From the human T2T-CHM13v2.0 reference genome, Homo sapiens, in assembly GCF_009914755.1 (NCBI RefSeq), contig NC_060945.1: DNA of 64,000 nucleotides; one strand, given 5' to 3'. Of this stretch, positions 1 through 13,230 are shown piece by piece. The notes beneath the pieces were generated by a model. That model ran no database searches. It worked only from the letters and a program-made list of their open reading frames with translations, and was not told where the DNA came from. The position numbers and the translations under genes are program-made. How positions within the stretch are numbered: position 1 is the stretch's first letter; every line of letters begins with the position of its first letter.

Positions 1-1944
1 CAATCTTTTTCTCATTAATGGCATGGAATTTCACTGAAAAGGTGTTAGAAAAGGAAAATAATTTCAGCTCATTTTATATATTTGAGTTTCATTGTGTGCT
101 ACAACTTATTGCTGAATGCTACAAAACCAGGCTTTGTTCTAATGAAATGTAATCCTCACATGGCTAAAAGAAACAGCTGAGAAAGCTATATATTTTATAT
201 CAAATACCTTTACAGATCCAGTTAAATGTTAGAAAACCTCTTTATGAATTATTTTTAAGGTACAATCTAAGAAACTTCAAGCTTCAGAAAAATATAACAT
301 ACTGATAAAATATTTTATTTCAAAAATTGTTAAGTTGTTTTGTTTTCCATTATGAGCAGTATTTAATTGTTTTTTAAGGTAGATTGACACTTGTTATTTC
401 ATCTGTTTACTGAGTTATATTCAATGCCTTATTTATTTTTATTATATGTTTGCTTTACATTTTACATCTATTCATCTAGCTTTTGGTTTATAGGCTGAAG
501 AGGTTTAAGAAATAGTTGAAGGCAACAAACAGAAAAGAAGAAAAGGATAATTCAGGAGGGGAAATAAAATTAAGACAAAAGAGTTAAAATAGTATTTAGA
601 ACCAATTATCTTTTCAAAATTTATTTATTTCTGGATGTCACATTTGATAGGCTCATGTTCTTGAATTATTTGGAGCACATTCCTCTGTTTTCTCCCATTT
701 ACTCCATTTTAGTAAATTTTATTTCTGAATAAAATAATTCCTTAGGACTAACTACATGAAGGGTTAAACTTTGATTGCAACATATTCAATACTATATGGT
801 GCTTATTGCATTTAAAACTGAACAAACAATAAAATTTGGGGCTTTCGTGAAAAGTAACTTACTACAGACCTGAAATCTTTTGCTTCTCTCTTTGAGATGA
901 ATCAATAAAAATAAAAAAAAAAAAGCCAAAGCAAATAAATCTAAAGTTTCTGCAAAGCACACAGCATGCACCTTCAATTCACTTCCTCTAAATTTGTATC
1001 AATGGAATGTGGTCATTGCTGCTTTTTTTGTTTTTGTTTTTGTTTTTCTACTCTTACAGAAAAAAAAAAGAATTCAATACAATCTCCCTCAGTGGAAGAA
1101 TAAATATCAAAAATGAAATTCAGAGTCCCTAAAAATTGCAATGCTTTTACCTGTTACTTTTTGTTTTTTGGTTAATGTTGCAAATTTTGAAAACTCAAGT
1201 GTGTGCCATACTGAGAAGAAAACCAAGAAAATTTCAAGATTTTTGTAAAATAATCAATGTTCTAGATCATACAAAAGTATTGGATTCATTACATAATAAT
1301 TAGATGCTTAATATATTCAAAGAGGTGACAGACGTGTCCCCCGAATCATAGTCTGACAGTCTCCTTCAATGTATTTTGTAATAATTATTTTTACTAGCTG
1401 TGAACATAAATAAGTTATATTGTAAAGAGAAATGATTGAGAAGAATCTAAGTTCAGCTAACGCATTTTAATCAATTAAGAAGTTATCACGAATTTCTAGT
1501 TTTTAAAATTTATTAGTATAAAAAGAAATAATCAAAAGGCATTCTATATGAATGAAAATAAGAGCTAAACCTGACAAAAACAGAAAGCTGAAGGACAAGA
1601 TTCATTTTTACCGGTACTACTGCCTACAGGAGTCTCATTCTGTCCATAATATGCTAGTGAATTAAAAAACATAGGTGCAAAAAAGAGCAATTTAGTGTAT
1701 AATCGTGCTAACTTTTAAATTCTTACTTTATCATTAGAAACTATGTCAGTCCATTCTGTGTTAAAAACCAACAAAATACAGTTAAAATTAATACAGAGCT
1801 ACAATTTTATTTAAGTTTTACTATTGTTTTGGTGAAAACTGACTTCTATTCATTTTTAAAAATATCTCTCAGGGATGTAGAATCTTCATCTATAAATTAA
1901 ACAAGTTCAAGCAAGTGGTCCCATTGGTCTTGTTAAATATAATA

Positions 1945-2010
1945 ATAATTAACATTTATTGGGCACTTATTATACACCAGACATTGTTCTAAGGGTTTAA
2001 AAATACATTA
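1945..2010 (-). mobile_element. MIR fragment
   Basis: aacatttattgggcacttattatacaccagacattgttctaag resembles the MIR 3' end (reverse complement). Confidence 0.5.
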
Positions 2011-3934
2011 TAAAAGCTTTAACATTTGTTATCCAATTTCTATAGCCGAAAAAAAGAGGAAAAACAGAAATTTTTCTGTTGAGTTATGCAAATCTTACTC
2101 TTATAATTTTATTTACACAGAAATGTATATGAAAATAATCATTTTTATAATTTCCCTAATTCTCTAATAACTCAGTTTCCTAGATATCAACCACTTTTCA
2201 CCATCTTCCATCTTCTACTGTGACCTTTTTCCCCTTGTTCCTCCTTGTCAATCCCCATTTTCTATCTCATCCTGTGTCATGTTGGCTGAATCTACCTTGG
2301 TCCAATTTCCTGCTGGTGCTCTTCTTAGAGCTGGCCAAATCTTCAGCACGGTGGAAAGGAAGCCGAACAGCAGAGCGTACCTTCAGGAGTTTTCTACTCA
2401 CTCCTTCCACAGAAGCAAACAAAAAAATTAACCAGGCATATTCTTCAAAATAGGCCTCCAACATACATTTTCAAAATCAAGCTACCTCACTAGTCGAGAC
2501 AAGCTGCATCTCAGGCATTTGTATTTCATGATGTCTGGTCAATGTGATTCATTGTAATATAAAATAAAGTATATTTTTCTAGTGTGTTACAAGTAAACAG
2601 GTAACCAGTATTATTCACCCATTTATTTAATAGAGATAAACAATTACAACTCGATTTTTCCATTACTCAAATGAGTATAGAAACTTCAACAATGAACAAG
2701 ATTTCTCTTTTAAGAGTGACACTTTATTTCATTTGACTAATATAATGTTGGTCTGTTCATAAATTATTCAATGAAGTGCTAAAAGCTTCCTTCCTCTCAA
2801 GTATTTCCTCTGCAAAATGGCTTTGGTAGATGAATTATTTTCCATATGAACAAACTAAGTAAACTTTCAATTTTGAGTACTGAAAATCTTTGTAAGAATA
2901 TTTTTAAACACATCACTTTTTAAAATAAATTTATGTTTTATTTTTAAAATCTTCCCGTGTTTGTTACACATTGTATGCCCATTTTCAAAGAAATTTTTAT
3001 TTAACAAACTATCCAACTTTAGAAAAAAATATTTGTACTCTAATAAATCAAGCCACGAAATTTTTAAATCTAACAATCAGAAAATGGCAAATATAATATT
3101 TAACAGGGATCTTTAAGGGCCCTAAAGATAAATGTTTAAAGACTTAAAAACAAGAAAATCATTTTACTGGCTGCTTCATCTCATTTTTCTTTATGGCCCT
3201 ATAAAATATTTAATGAAATTATTGGCTCCTTTGTGAGGTTTTATAGTAGTTAATGCAAGCAAAACATAAGTAAAATTTCTGAGAGATCTCTGGTCATTAA
3301 TATGTAATTATGTTACATTATGTTCTACTAATTAAATAGAATATTAAATAAAATAATTAATAGAATATTTAATTAAATAGAATGTTACTAAAATATGGCT
3401 TCAAATAAGGCAACTCTATACTCATGAGTTTGATATCTTTCTATGTGTTACTTAAACTCAGCACATTTTAACACATTCAAACTAAAATAGCTTTCATTTA
3501 CATTGTTGAAACCTAAGCTAAGCAGTAATAATTAGAAAAAAAATAAATGACAGATTACTTTCAAATCAGATGTGGTTTAGTTCTTTAATCCTGAAAATCC
3601 TGAGCAGTTGGCAAGGTGCTCAAGAAATCACTTTCTGAAAAATCACATGGGCATTTACCAAGGAATCCGCAGAGAAGCGGAGAGAGCCTGGGCGTCTGGG
3701 AATCAGCAATATGGAGCTATCATTTAAAAATCTTTATTGAAATAATTACATGACGAGTATAACTTTTATCCCTCAGAAGACTCAGGGATGAATAATTTTA
3801 AAAGACATTTAATTACAGACACATGGACAATATAATACTGTACAATGGCAAGCTGAACCCTCGTCTGAATATGCTCTCAAGAAGCATGATGACCTTGAAT
3901 AGACCTTTTCCATTAAAGGTGACATTCAGTAATT

Positions 3935-4085
3935 GCATTGTTTGTAACTCAAAGTATAAATGCTTGAGGGAATTGAAACTCCATTCTCTGTGATATGCTT
4001 ATTTCACATTGCCTGTATCAAAACATGTCATATATCCCATGAATATATACATTTACTATGTACCCACAAAAAATTTTTAAAATAA
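3935..4085 (+). mobile_element. L1MA-type 3' end (L1MA1-3-like)
   Basis: ataaatgcttgaggg...cctgtatcaaaacat...tactatgtacccacaaaaaa plus an A-rich tail. Confidence 0.8.
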
Positions 4086-4939
4086 TTTTAAAAGTTTTTA
4101 AAAATGTTGACATTCCAACCCACTGCTTAAAAAGACCTTCGAATAAATTCTTCAGAATTAAACTTCCATGACATGTAATAAACTTGTTTTTTGCCCTTAG
4201 TTTTGTCTAAACACGTGGGGATCCTTCCTATCTAGCCTTGTTCACACTTATATCTCAGGAAGTCAATCTCCGTAAAGCAAAAACAGTCTTTAATTGACTT
4301 CTGTCATTTGAGAGGCCTGAGAAGGGCAGAAATTAGCAATGTACAAGTGTTTCACTAACCTGAGAGAAAGTAATGACTGATATTCTCCTCTTGTCAAACA
4401 AAGTCATGGTAGATTTTTCTTTGACCTTGTGATACTGTGTAATACAGCAAATTCAATTGGGATTATAGGAAATTGATGTCTAAATAGCTAGAGGAGGCAC
4501 AGGTTTCATACTAGGAAATATTCAATTCAATAAAAATTAACCTTTCTTGTGGCTATGATGTGTAAATGTCTGGCTTACGTAGGCCCTTTCTAACTAATTA
4601 TAGGACATGTTGTACTGCATCCTATACTGATTTTCACATGAAGTTTTTCATATGCTTGTAGTAATTTTACACAGATCTATTTATCCTGAAGGGTCATGGC
4701 TACAGTGTAATATAGAATGCTGTTTTTCTCTTGCCTATGAGAAAGCATGATTAAAGAAGACAATTGATTTTTTTTTTTACAAGACTGACTTCGTTAGTTT
4801 GGAACAGCTTATCATAAGTCTACACTGGCAGAATATTAATATCCTATATGGCTTTCACATTATTTTGATTATTATTTTAAAACTATATTAAGTGCACTAG
4901 TCATCAATAATAACAATAACAACAGCTGTAATAAATACA

Positions 4940-5160
4940 GATAAGCCTTTCTGTGTGTTAAGTATTGTGCTTGACATATACTAACTCAGTGAATCCTTCT
5001 AATACTCTTACATGGGAGTTACTTTTTTATTATTACTGCTACCTTATGTGTTAGAAAAACCCTAAATATAGAGAGATTGAGTAACTTGCCCAAATTCAAA
5101 AAGAGAGAAAGTGGCAAAACCGGGCAACAGGACTTCAGAATCTGTGTCATCAACTACTAT
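4940..5160 (-). mobile_element. MIR
   Basis: Degenerate core agagagattgagtaacttgcccaa...agtggca. Confidence 0.65.
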
Positions 5161-5436
5161 TTATTTGTGAATATAGGGACAAAATGTTTATTACATCTAC
5201 ATTGAATAATATTCTACAAAACAGCTGATTTTATGCTTCAAAATGGTACTGCGATGAATCATTGAAGGCCTTGGAACTGTTTCAGATTGAGGAAGATTCA
5301 GAGGCATGGTGACACTATGCAGCCACGATCCTGGACTGGGAGAAAATTGCTATAAACTATGTTATTGAGATAATTGAGGAAATCTGAGTAAAACCTATAA
5401 AGTTGATATCGTTATATTAATATTACATACTCTGAT

Positions 5437-5813
5437 TGCTATAGACTGAATGTGTTCCCTCAAAATTCATGTGTTGAAACCCTAACACGCAGTGGGATGG
5501 TACTGGTAGGCGGGGCCTTTGGGAGGTAATATGGTTTAGGTGAGGTCATTAGAGTGGCAGCCCCATAATGAGTGAGATTAGTGCCTTCATAAAAGGGGCC
5601 CCAGAGAACTCCCTCCCTCCTCCATCATAGGAAGATGCAATGAAAAGAAGACTATCTATGAACCAGAAAGTGGGCTCTTCCCAGACACCAGTTTCTGCCT
5701 GAGCCTTGATCTTGGACTTCCCAGCCTCTAGAACTGAGAGAAATAAATTTCTGTTGTTTATCAGCTACCTGGTCTATGGTCATTTGTTATGGCAGCTCAA
5801 ATAGACTAACACA
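5437..5813 (+). mobile_element. MLT1A-type MaLR solo LTR with perfect 5-bp TSD CTGAT
   Basis: TG...CA ends; gccttgatcttggacttcccagcctctagaactgagagaaataaatttctgttgttt; CTGAT at 5432-5436 and 5814-5818. Confidence 0.88.
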
Positions 5814-6020
5814 CTGATTTTATATCATTATATTGTGATTGCTGAATGAATGTTCTTGCTCTTTGATAACACTGAAGTATTTAGAATTAAAGGGGTGTGA
5901 TGTCCTCAGCTAAGAAATACACATACACACAAACACACATATACACAGAGAGAAAGAAAGAGAGAAAATGATAAAGTGGATATGGTAAAATGATAGCAAT
6001 TGGTGAACCTAAGTTAAAGG

Positions 6021-6458
6021 TGACAGAGCAGGAGCATCGCCATCTTGCACAAGCACTGCCATTATAAATTCCCCTTGATCAAAAACTGCCTAAATCCAAA
6101 GGGCATCAGCCTAAGGGCTAAGGTCAGCATGACCATAAACCACAAATAACATCTCCAACCATAAATATTCCAAACCCCTCCCTGACCAGAGACATGCCAG
6201 CCGCTAGATAACCTCCCCTCTGATCAGAGAGATGTCAGCCCCAAGATAACCTCTCCTCTGACAAGAGACATTCCAACCCCACCATAAACTTCTCCCCTAC
6301 ACAGAAACATTCCAAGCTCTCTCATCAGTAAATACTCTTAGTCTGGAAGAAAGAGCACTCCTAACCAAAAATCGGCCAGAAGCCCCTCTCAGGTTTATTC
6401 TCCAAAATAAACCTGTCTTTGACTATTGAGCCACTTTTTGGGTTTCTTTCCTCTTTCA
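6021..6458 (+). mobile_element. ERV solo LTR (LTR47-like, tentative) with perfect 5-bp TSD AAAGG
   Basis: TGACAGAGCAGGAGCATCGCCATCTT...TTTCA; AATAAA near the 3' end; internal ~37-bp repeats; AAAGG at 6016-6020 and 6459-6463. Confidence 0.8.
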
Positions 6459-7044
6459 AAAGGTATATGGGAATTCAGAGCACTATTTTTGTGACATTTT
6501 TGTAAATTAAGTTATATTTATTCTAAAGCCCTGGATATAGAGAGTGTGATAAAAAATATTTATCCAGAATTTTAATACATCTCAATATGATTTTTCATTG
6601 TAGACTCACAGGGTATATTTGTTCCAGGGGTTGAGACCTGGTTGAAAACCATTAGCAAAAGGAGAGATGATGATGATGATACATTTTCTTAGAGAGGGTA
6701 TGTGAAGAGTTCATTCCCGAAGGTTTTATTTTAGGCAATATCAAGTAATAGCTACTTATCTATACATTTACATTCAAAATATACTTACTTGTTTAAAATA
6801 ATTAGTATCAAGTTCACTTAGCCAATGGCACAAGAATCCAGAAATAACATTCTTCATTACAAGACATACTTAATAATAACATATTCATTACATGACGTAC
6901 TTAATACATGCCATGGGTGTTTAATAAGATATTTTTATGCCAGAAAGACACCATATATGGAGGTTACTTTATGAAAGCAATTTTTCCTGTCCTTTCAACA
7001 TTGAATTCCAGTCCAAAGCACCTGTGTTGCCCTGGCAGTTTGGC

Positions 7045-7245
7045 AAGAACATGGACTTGAGAGAAAGATGGGTTCGAGCCCCAGCTCTGCCACTAACTAG
7101 CTGTATGACTGTGGAAGCTGACTTCACCATTCAAGTTTTCATCACCTCATCTATGAACTGAAGTAATGAAAACCTGTCTTGATGTACTATTGTGAAATAA
7201 AAATGGATAACTCTGTAAAGCACTTGACACATGTTAAAGCACAAT
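7045..7245 (+). mobile_element. MIR
   Basis: gggttcgagccccagctctgccactaactagctgtatgact...tgtaaagcactt. Confidence 0.8.
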
Positions 7246-7562
7246 ATATTTCTGTTTTTAAAATTTTACTTACATATACTTATGTACTTTTATGTAAGTG
7301 GGAAGAAAGAGCATTTTTAATAGAGTATATGGTAGAAAAAGTATCCACGACTTTATGCTGTTTCCAGATCTAGTCCCTGAATCTAATAACCATTTTTAAT
7401 ATTTAAAGTAACATACATTTCTTATGCTTAAGCATGATAAAAGACTAACTGTAAAGACCTGGAATAGGATATGAGTATCCTTACAACAGTGTAGAAAAGG
7501 TGAGATATATAGAATACACAATGTCAAAAGAAAACAGTAGATTTAAATTAAAGAAACACTAA

Positions 7563-7584
7563 ATATATATATATATATATATAT
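7563..7584. repeat. (TA)n microsatellite
   Basis: Read directly. Confidence 0.9.
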
Positions 7585-7919
7585 TTGTAGATTTGTATGT
7601 AGAATTGCCCTGACTTTCAACTAAGGCATCATCAGAAGTGATTAAATCTTATGGCAGTCTGAATATCAATTGGTTTTTCTTGGTTTTTCATATCATTTTA
7701 TTCTTTATTTCTCTATTTTCTTTTTCAAGTTACACATATACATAAAATTTATGGGTGATAGCTGTCATTCAAATGAAAATACATATTCAGTACTTAGGAT
7801 ATACACTACTGATTATACCACTAACAGCCTTTTTGTATTTTGCTTTTGCTAAAATAATTCAAATTTTGTTCTGGCACACTGTGTCTGGGCTCAAGGGATG
7901 GATATTGTTTAGTTTATGG

Positions 7920-8146
7920 CAGGTTTTCACAATCTTGGCTATTGATAGTTTAGGTAAAATAATTCTTTATTGTGGGGAGTTTTCCTGCATACTATAGGAC
8001 ATTTAACAGCATACCTGGCCTCTTATTTCTAAATGGCAATAGCACCCATCCCCAAGTTGTGACAATAAAAAATGCCACCACACATTGCTGAATGTCCTCT
8101 GGGAAGGCATTGGGAGTACAAAATCATTGCCAGTAGAGAACCACTG
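7920..8146 (-). mobile_element. MER20 (hAT-Charlie DNA transposon)
   Basis: Reverse complement of the MER20 consensus, ending gagaaccactg. Confidence 0.8.
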
Positions 8147-8164
8147 TTTAAGCCAAGCCTAGTA

Positions 8165-8795
8165 GCTTCATTCCTCCATGAGAGGAATTATTCTAGGGAA
8201 CACTATGTGACCAGTGCTAGCTGACAAGATGGAAGGAAAGATCTGCTGGGACTTCCGAGAAAGCTCCCGAAGTAAGGCACATGAAGAGAAATTCTTCCTC
8301 CTTCTCCATTTCCTTCCTGCCCCTATGGGGCAGTCATGTGAGAACTTAAGACTTGGGGCAATGGCAGTCATCATGAAGATGTCAGCAATGCCAACTTCAA
8401 GCCCTGACTTGACTGAGCTGCTATGCCAATCCTGACCTACTAACCATGGTATTCATTGGCTTGTTTCACAAACAGGCCAGTTTCCTTCCTTTTGGGAACA
8501 AGATAGCATTGCATTTCTCTTCCCCCATCTCCCTAGAAGTCAAGTATGCTCATACAACTTGTTTTGTCCAACACAATGTGTGTCACTTTGGGGCAGAACC
8601 TTTTGAGATCCTTTCCCTGCCATGTTGAGATAGAGTCTACATCTGCTTGGATCCTTAAGTCCCCATTGTAGGAAACCCTGTAAATTTGTATTGAGTGTTT
8701 TGTGGGTGCAAAAAAAATAAGCCCTTGTGGCTGTAAGCCATTGAGATCAGGGTGTTCTTTGTTACGGGAGCATTATTAAACCACACTGACACATC
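8165..8795 (+). mobile_element. Old MLT1 (I/J/K-type) LTR fragments, probably nested
   Basis: tgtaagccattgagat...tttgttac...gcat 3' motif and other MLT1-like blocks. Confidence 0.55.
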
Positions 8796-9075
8796 TGCCT
8801 TTAAATTACTTGCCAAATAAATAAATCCCTATTGTTAAGCCACTTTCATTTGAATTATTTATATTTTTTATTGTAAGAGAATCCAAAAGGATGAAATATG
8901 TTTTTTACATAATTTCTAAAGAAATATAGGTGATGCACCCAAAAGTATCATCAAAAAATGACTGTCAATTAATTAATGAAGACTTTAGTGATAGAAAATT
9001 CTTCATGTATATGTGCTCATTTTCAATCCATCTATTCTGTTAATTCTTTTCCACGCTATATACATGAATCCAGAA

Positions 9076-9102
9076 ACACACACACACACACACAAACACA
9101 CA
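9076..9102. repeat. (CA)n microsatellite
   Basis: Read directly. Confidence 0.9.
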
Positions 9103-9284
9103 CCTTCCTTCCTTATGTGCAACCATAGAGGATCAGCCTATCTGTGTCCAGTGCTCAGAGCTGACTGAATACACTAGAACTTGATCTGGCATATCCAACC
9201 AGACCTTGTAAGCAATTAAGATTCACAGTTGCTCTAAACGTACACCAACTATCTAGCGGTTAAATTTAAATTTGATACAACTAA

Positions 9285-9350
9285 ATCATTAATTCATTCA
9301 TCCAATCATTCATCAATTATTTATTGAGTGCCTATCATGTAATAGGCACA
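9285..9350 (-). mobile_element. L2 3' end
   Basis: (cattc)n tail followed by tatttattgagtgcctatcatgt. Confidence 0.65.
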
Positions 9351-12149
9351 ACGCTTTAGTATATTTTCACATATACTGCCCTGCTAGTCTAGTTTCAAAC
9401 ACTAACTCTTTCTCTCACAGGAAGGGAACAATTTCTCTGGATTTCAGGATGGCTGGTTTGGTGTGTGAGTACTGCTGTCCTATGACACTGTTTACTGCGG
9501 GAACATGTTGTGATGTAAAGTTAACAACAACAGAAATAAAAACAAATGTCACCACCATAGGATCTGAGTCTCTGCCTGAGTTTAAATCATGGTACAGTTC
9601 CACAGAAGCTTATAAGCAAGTTACTTAACCTTTCTGAAATGCAATAGTGTTACCCCCAGTGGCTCTGTGACAATTAAATGTGTCATATATATGAAGTGCC
9701 CAGCCCAAAAACCTAGCACAAAATTGTGGTTTAATCCAGATCCCCTCTTTGTTTATCTGTGGATCCTGAAAATTATTTTTCAACATTCTAGCATGTCTTA
9801 CTCTTTTCAGAGAGAAAGAAAACACTCATTAAAACCTCATGATATATTCCAAGCCCACACCTTAACAGTCCTAAACTGAAAAATAATTTTAGTAAAGTCA
9901 AAAACTACTCTGTAAAAGGCCAAGGTGAACTACAAATTGAGTTAATAAAATATGTTCTTATATTTCCTGTTTATTATTGCAATTTTCTTACAGTTATCTA
10001 GTTTCTTTTCTTTGAAACATTACTATGAATGCAGTACTTAGAAAATTACACAGAATGCTTGAAACTGAAATTTACACAGAAAAGTAATGTTCAAGATTGG
10101 AAAAATATGTTTCAGTATATTAATATCCATATTATAATGTTGTAAGAATGAAATGAGATTATTTATGCAATGTCATACACCCCTGGGCACAGAATAGACA
10201 CTAAATAAAAGATAGCTTATTTTTGTTATTTTTGCTATTACAACTCAAAGTGGGAGCCAGAGAATAACCTGTTTCTGTAAAAAAAAATTTAAGAAGCAGC
10301 AGCATTAGTAAGGAAAGCTAATAACCTAGATTAATGCATCAAGAAATCTATGTAGCAAGTCATTTAATATCCTTATATTTACTTTAAAAATAGAGGATAA
10401 CACCTTCTAAATTTCCATCCATACACATTTAACTGAAAGGGGCTTGGAGGGAGGGAAAGAAAGATAATAATCGATAATAAAAGAGTCTATTTAATAAAAA
10501 CAGTGCAATAGCTACAGCAACTATGTAGAGACAAAGCAACAAACAGTTCTCTTGATAGTAATTCATCTTATTGTGACTAAATCTCTTGTAAGAACTCTGT
10601 CTCCACTTCAGAAAGCCAAAGTGGATTATGATTTCAAGTCTTAAATATCACTGGGTTTAATACACATAAACCCAATGTTCCTGGTTTGCAGCCTTGTAAA
10701 ATAAATAGATATAATTGCAGGCAGTTGCATACTAAAAGGAGGATAACACTTCTGTATTCACAGAGATTTGTTTACTGATGACATGAAACATACATGAATA
10801 TATCTTTTATGTAACATTATAGATACATACACACACAGATTCTACAAACTAAGCTGGTATTAGACATCACAGTCTCAATTCTCTCCAGAAAAAGTAATGA
10901 CGTTTATGTGTTTTTCTCGAAATCAACATGCTTCTGATGTTTTTCTCATTATGTTCAAACTCATCAAGACTTAAGACATTTCGTTTTCAGTATATCACTT
11001 GGCTTGCTTGCGCTTGCACACCTAAATACTTTCCAAATGAAGACTGGATTTTAACATAAGATAGGAAGAAATTCTTTTTGGTGATTTGCCATTTATTTTT
11101 CACAAAAGACAGGCACCGCAAAACAGACAAACGTTAAAATATGCTTTTTACTCTAATTTGATGAGGTATGAAGCCCTGTGACTGAAATTGAGAGAAATGA
11201 ATAATTAAGCATGTCTCACTTCTTGGTCAGGTTTGCACATTGGTATTTACTGTTTCTGCTGCCATTTTACTACGGCATTAGGGAGAAAGGAATGCCAATC
11301 TCTGCATCACTGACATTTTAAACATAACAATTTATGCTGTGCCTTTATTTTTATTCAGATGTTAGGAGAACGATCATAGGAAATGACACAATTTAATCCC
11401 ACAGTGATTTGCTGTAAGCCTACTATGGTGCAAAGCATTTACATTGAAATGTTCTCTTCTTCAATCTAAAACTCTTCAAATGCTTTCCATTGAACTGAGT
11501 ATAAAACCCTATTGGTCTGTCATTGTTGAGGACAGTGGTCTCTAAGCATTTTTTTCTAACTTGACCCCAAAATAATTGTAAAAACCTAGGTTCTACCCCC
11601 ACATATTTTAAGCCAGTATTTACATTTTTTCACTGTATAGTTGAAATGTTCTCAAAATACATAGTTTCTGATGTATTTCATCTTATATATGTGATTTATA
11701 TATTTTAGTTAAATCAGTGAAACCAAAGACATGTTTTTCACTTTTTAACATGTCTTCCTTCTCAAACCATTCAGACAAAACAGACCTAATTTCTGTTAAA
11801 AAATAAAATATATGATTTCTTTAAAACACACACACTTTAATATGCCCCCCTGACTAAGAGATTATTTTTAATTCAAACTCTGCATTATATAGAGAAAGAT
11901 GAACTAATAGATGAGTGGATAAATAGATAGATTAATGGATAAATGATAGATAAATGGTGATGGTTTAGTCACAAACTTGATATGTGAACCTGGTTATATA
12001 ATTTATTCTCACTCCTAAATTCTCTCAACTCAAAAATGGGCATAATGTTGACAGGAGTTACTACTTAGAATTACTAAGAAAATTTTAAAAATCCAAATTT
12101 ATTTATGAATCTCAAATAATTACATGCAAATGAAGTAATAGTAACATTA

Positions 12150-12360
12150 ATAATGGCAGTTAACTTTTCTTAAGTATTAACCACATTCCCAAGCACTGTA
12201 CTAATCGCTTTTCATATACAAGCTCAACTAATCTTTTCAAAAGCCCAGCGAAGTAGACATAACCAATCTCATTTTACAGACAAGAAAATTGATGCTAAGA
12301 GAGGCTGTGCAATTTTCCCAGTTCTTACACATACTTAGATATGAAGCGGAGATTTAAAGG
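12150..12360 (-). mobile_element. MIR
   Basis: ctcattttacagacaagaaaattgatgctaagagagg core. Confidence 0.7.
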
Positions 12361-12754
12361 TATAGAATGTTCATAATCAGGCTCTTGAATATTTCAATAT
12401 TCACCAGTATATGTTATATCTCCTTTATCTAAATTGAAAATCTTTAAATGCAACGACCAATTCTCATCTATTTCTGGCATATTTCATAGCACATAATAAT
12501 GTGAAATGTGTGTGTGTCAATATTTATTTACCAAGCATACTATGCTCTGGTAACTAACAGAAAAATAAGCAAAGCAAATAAATAAATGTTCAGAAACAAT
12601 GCATATATCACATTATTAAATTGGTATATTACAGAAAACCTAACTGAAATGATTGTGGAAAATACCTGATACACCAACTAAGTTGCACACTTATGTTATC
12701 TTTATTATTTTATTGTTTTGTCAAGAGATATTTCAGCCCCAATTGCATCCAGCC

Positions 12755-13230
12755 TCTGTCTAGGTCAGCATTCTGGCAGAGAGCAGATGGCATATTCATA
12801 GAAGGTGACTGTAAGAGTATTTGGAGAAGGTGATAAGTGTACAACAGGCGAAGGGGAAGGCAAGGGATATAACTGAGAGTTAGCAACAGCTCTAAGCTAC
12901 CAGCAATGTATCAATCCTAGGGGTAAAGGGTCAAGAAGAAGAGGCACTGAGACATCTGCAGCTTTAGGAGAGAGGCACCCAAAATGAGCTAAGACCCTTG
13001 GAGGAGGAACTCAGCCACAACATCTCACATGAAATCAATAGAAAGGGAGTCAAGGAGCTCAAAGCCACAAGCTGTTCCTGTCTTCCAAGCTGATGTTGTC
13101 TTGCACTGGCCAAAAGCAATATGAAGCCTGAAGGCAAGAGACACTTGTGATGCAACTCCTAAAAGTCCACGGAGGTAAGAGGCTGGTGAAGAGTGGATCT
13201 GGAGGGGCAAACAGAGAATATCCATCATAG
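12755..13230 (-). mobile_element. LTR33-like ERVL LTR
   Basis: Terminal ggatctggaggggcaaacagagaatatcca motif and a GC-richer block. Confidence 0.6.

Larger units (their letters stand above)
5300..6510 (+). mobile_element. Ancient L1M(E)-type 3' fragment interrupted by two solo LTRs
   Basis: gatcctggactgg..., actgaagtatttag..., and ggtgaacctaagttaaagg|tatatgggaattc rejoin across the insertions. Confidence 0.55.

Noticed and set aside
2342-2358. REST/RE1-like TTCAGCACGGTGGAAAG, plus a half site GCTGTCCG near 34180
   Set aside because: There are mismatches at core positions and no matching 3' tail, so this cannot be supported without ChIP data.
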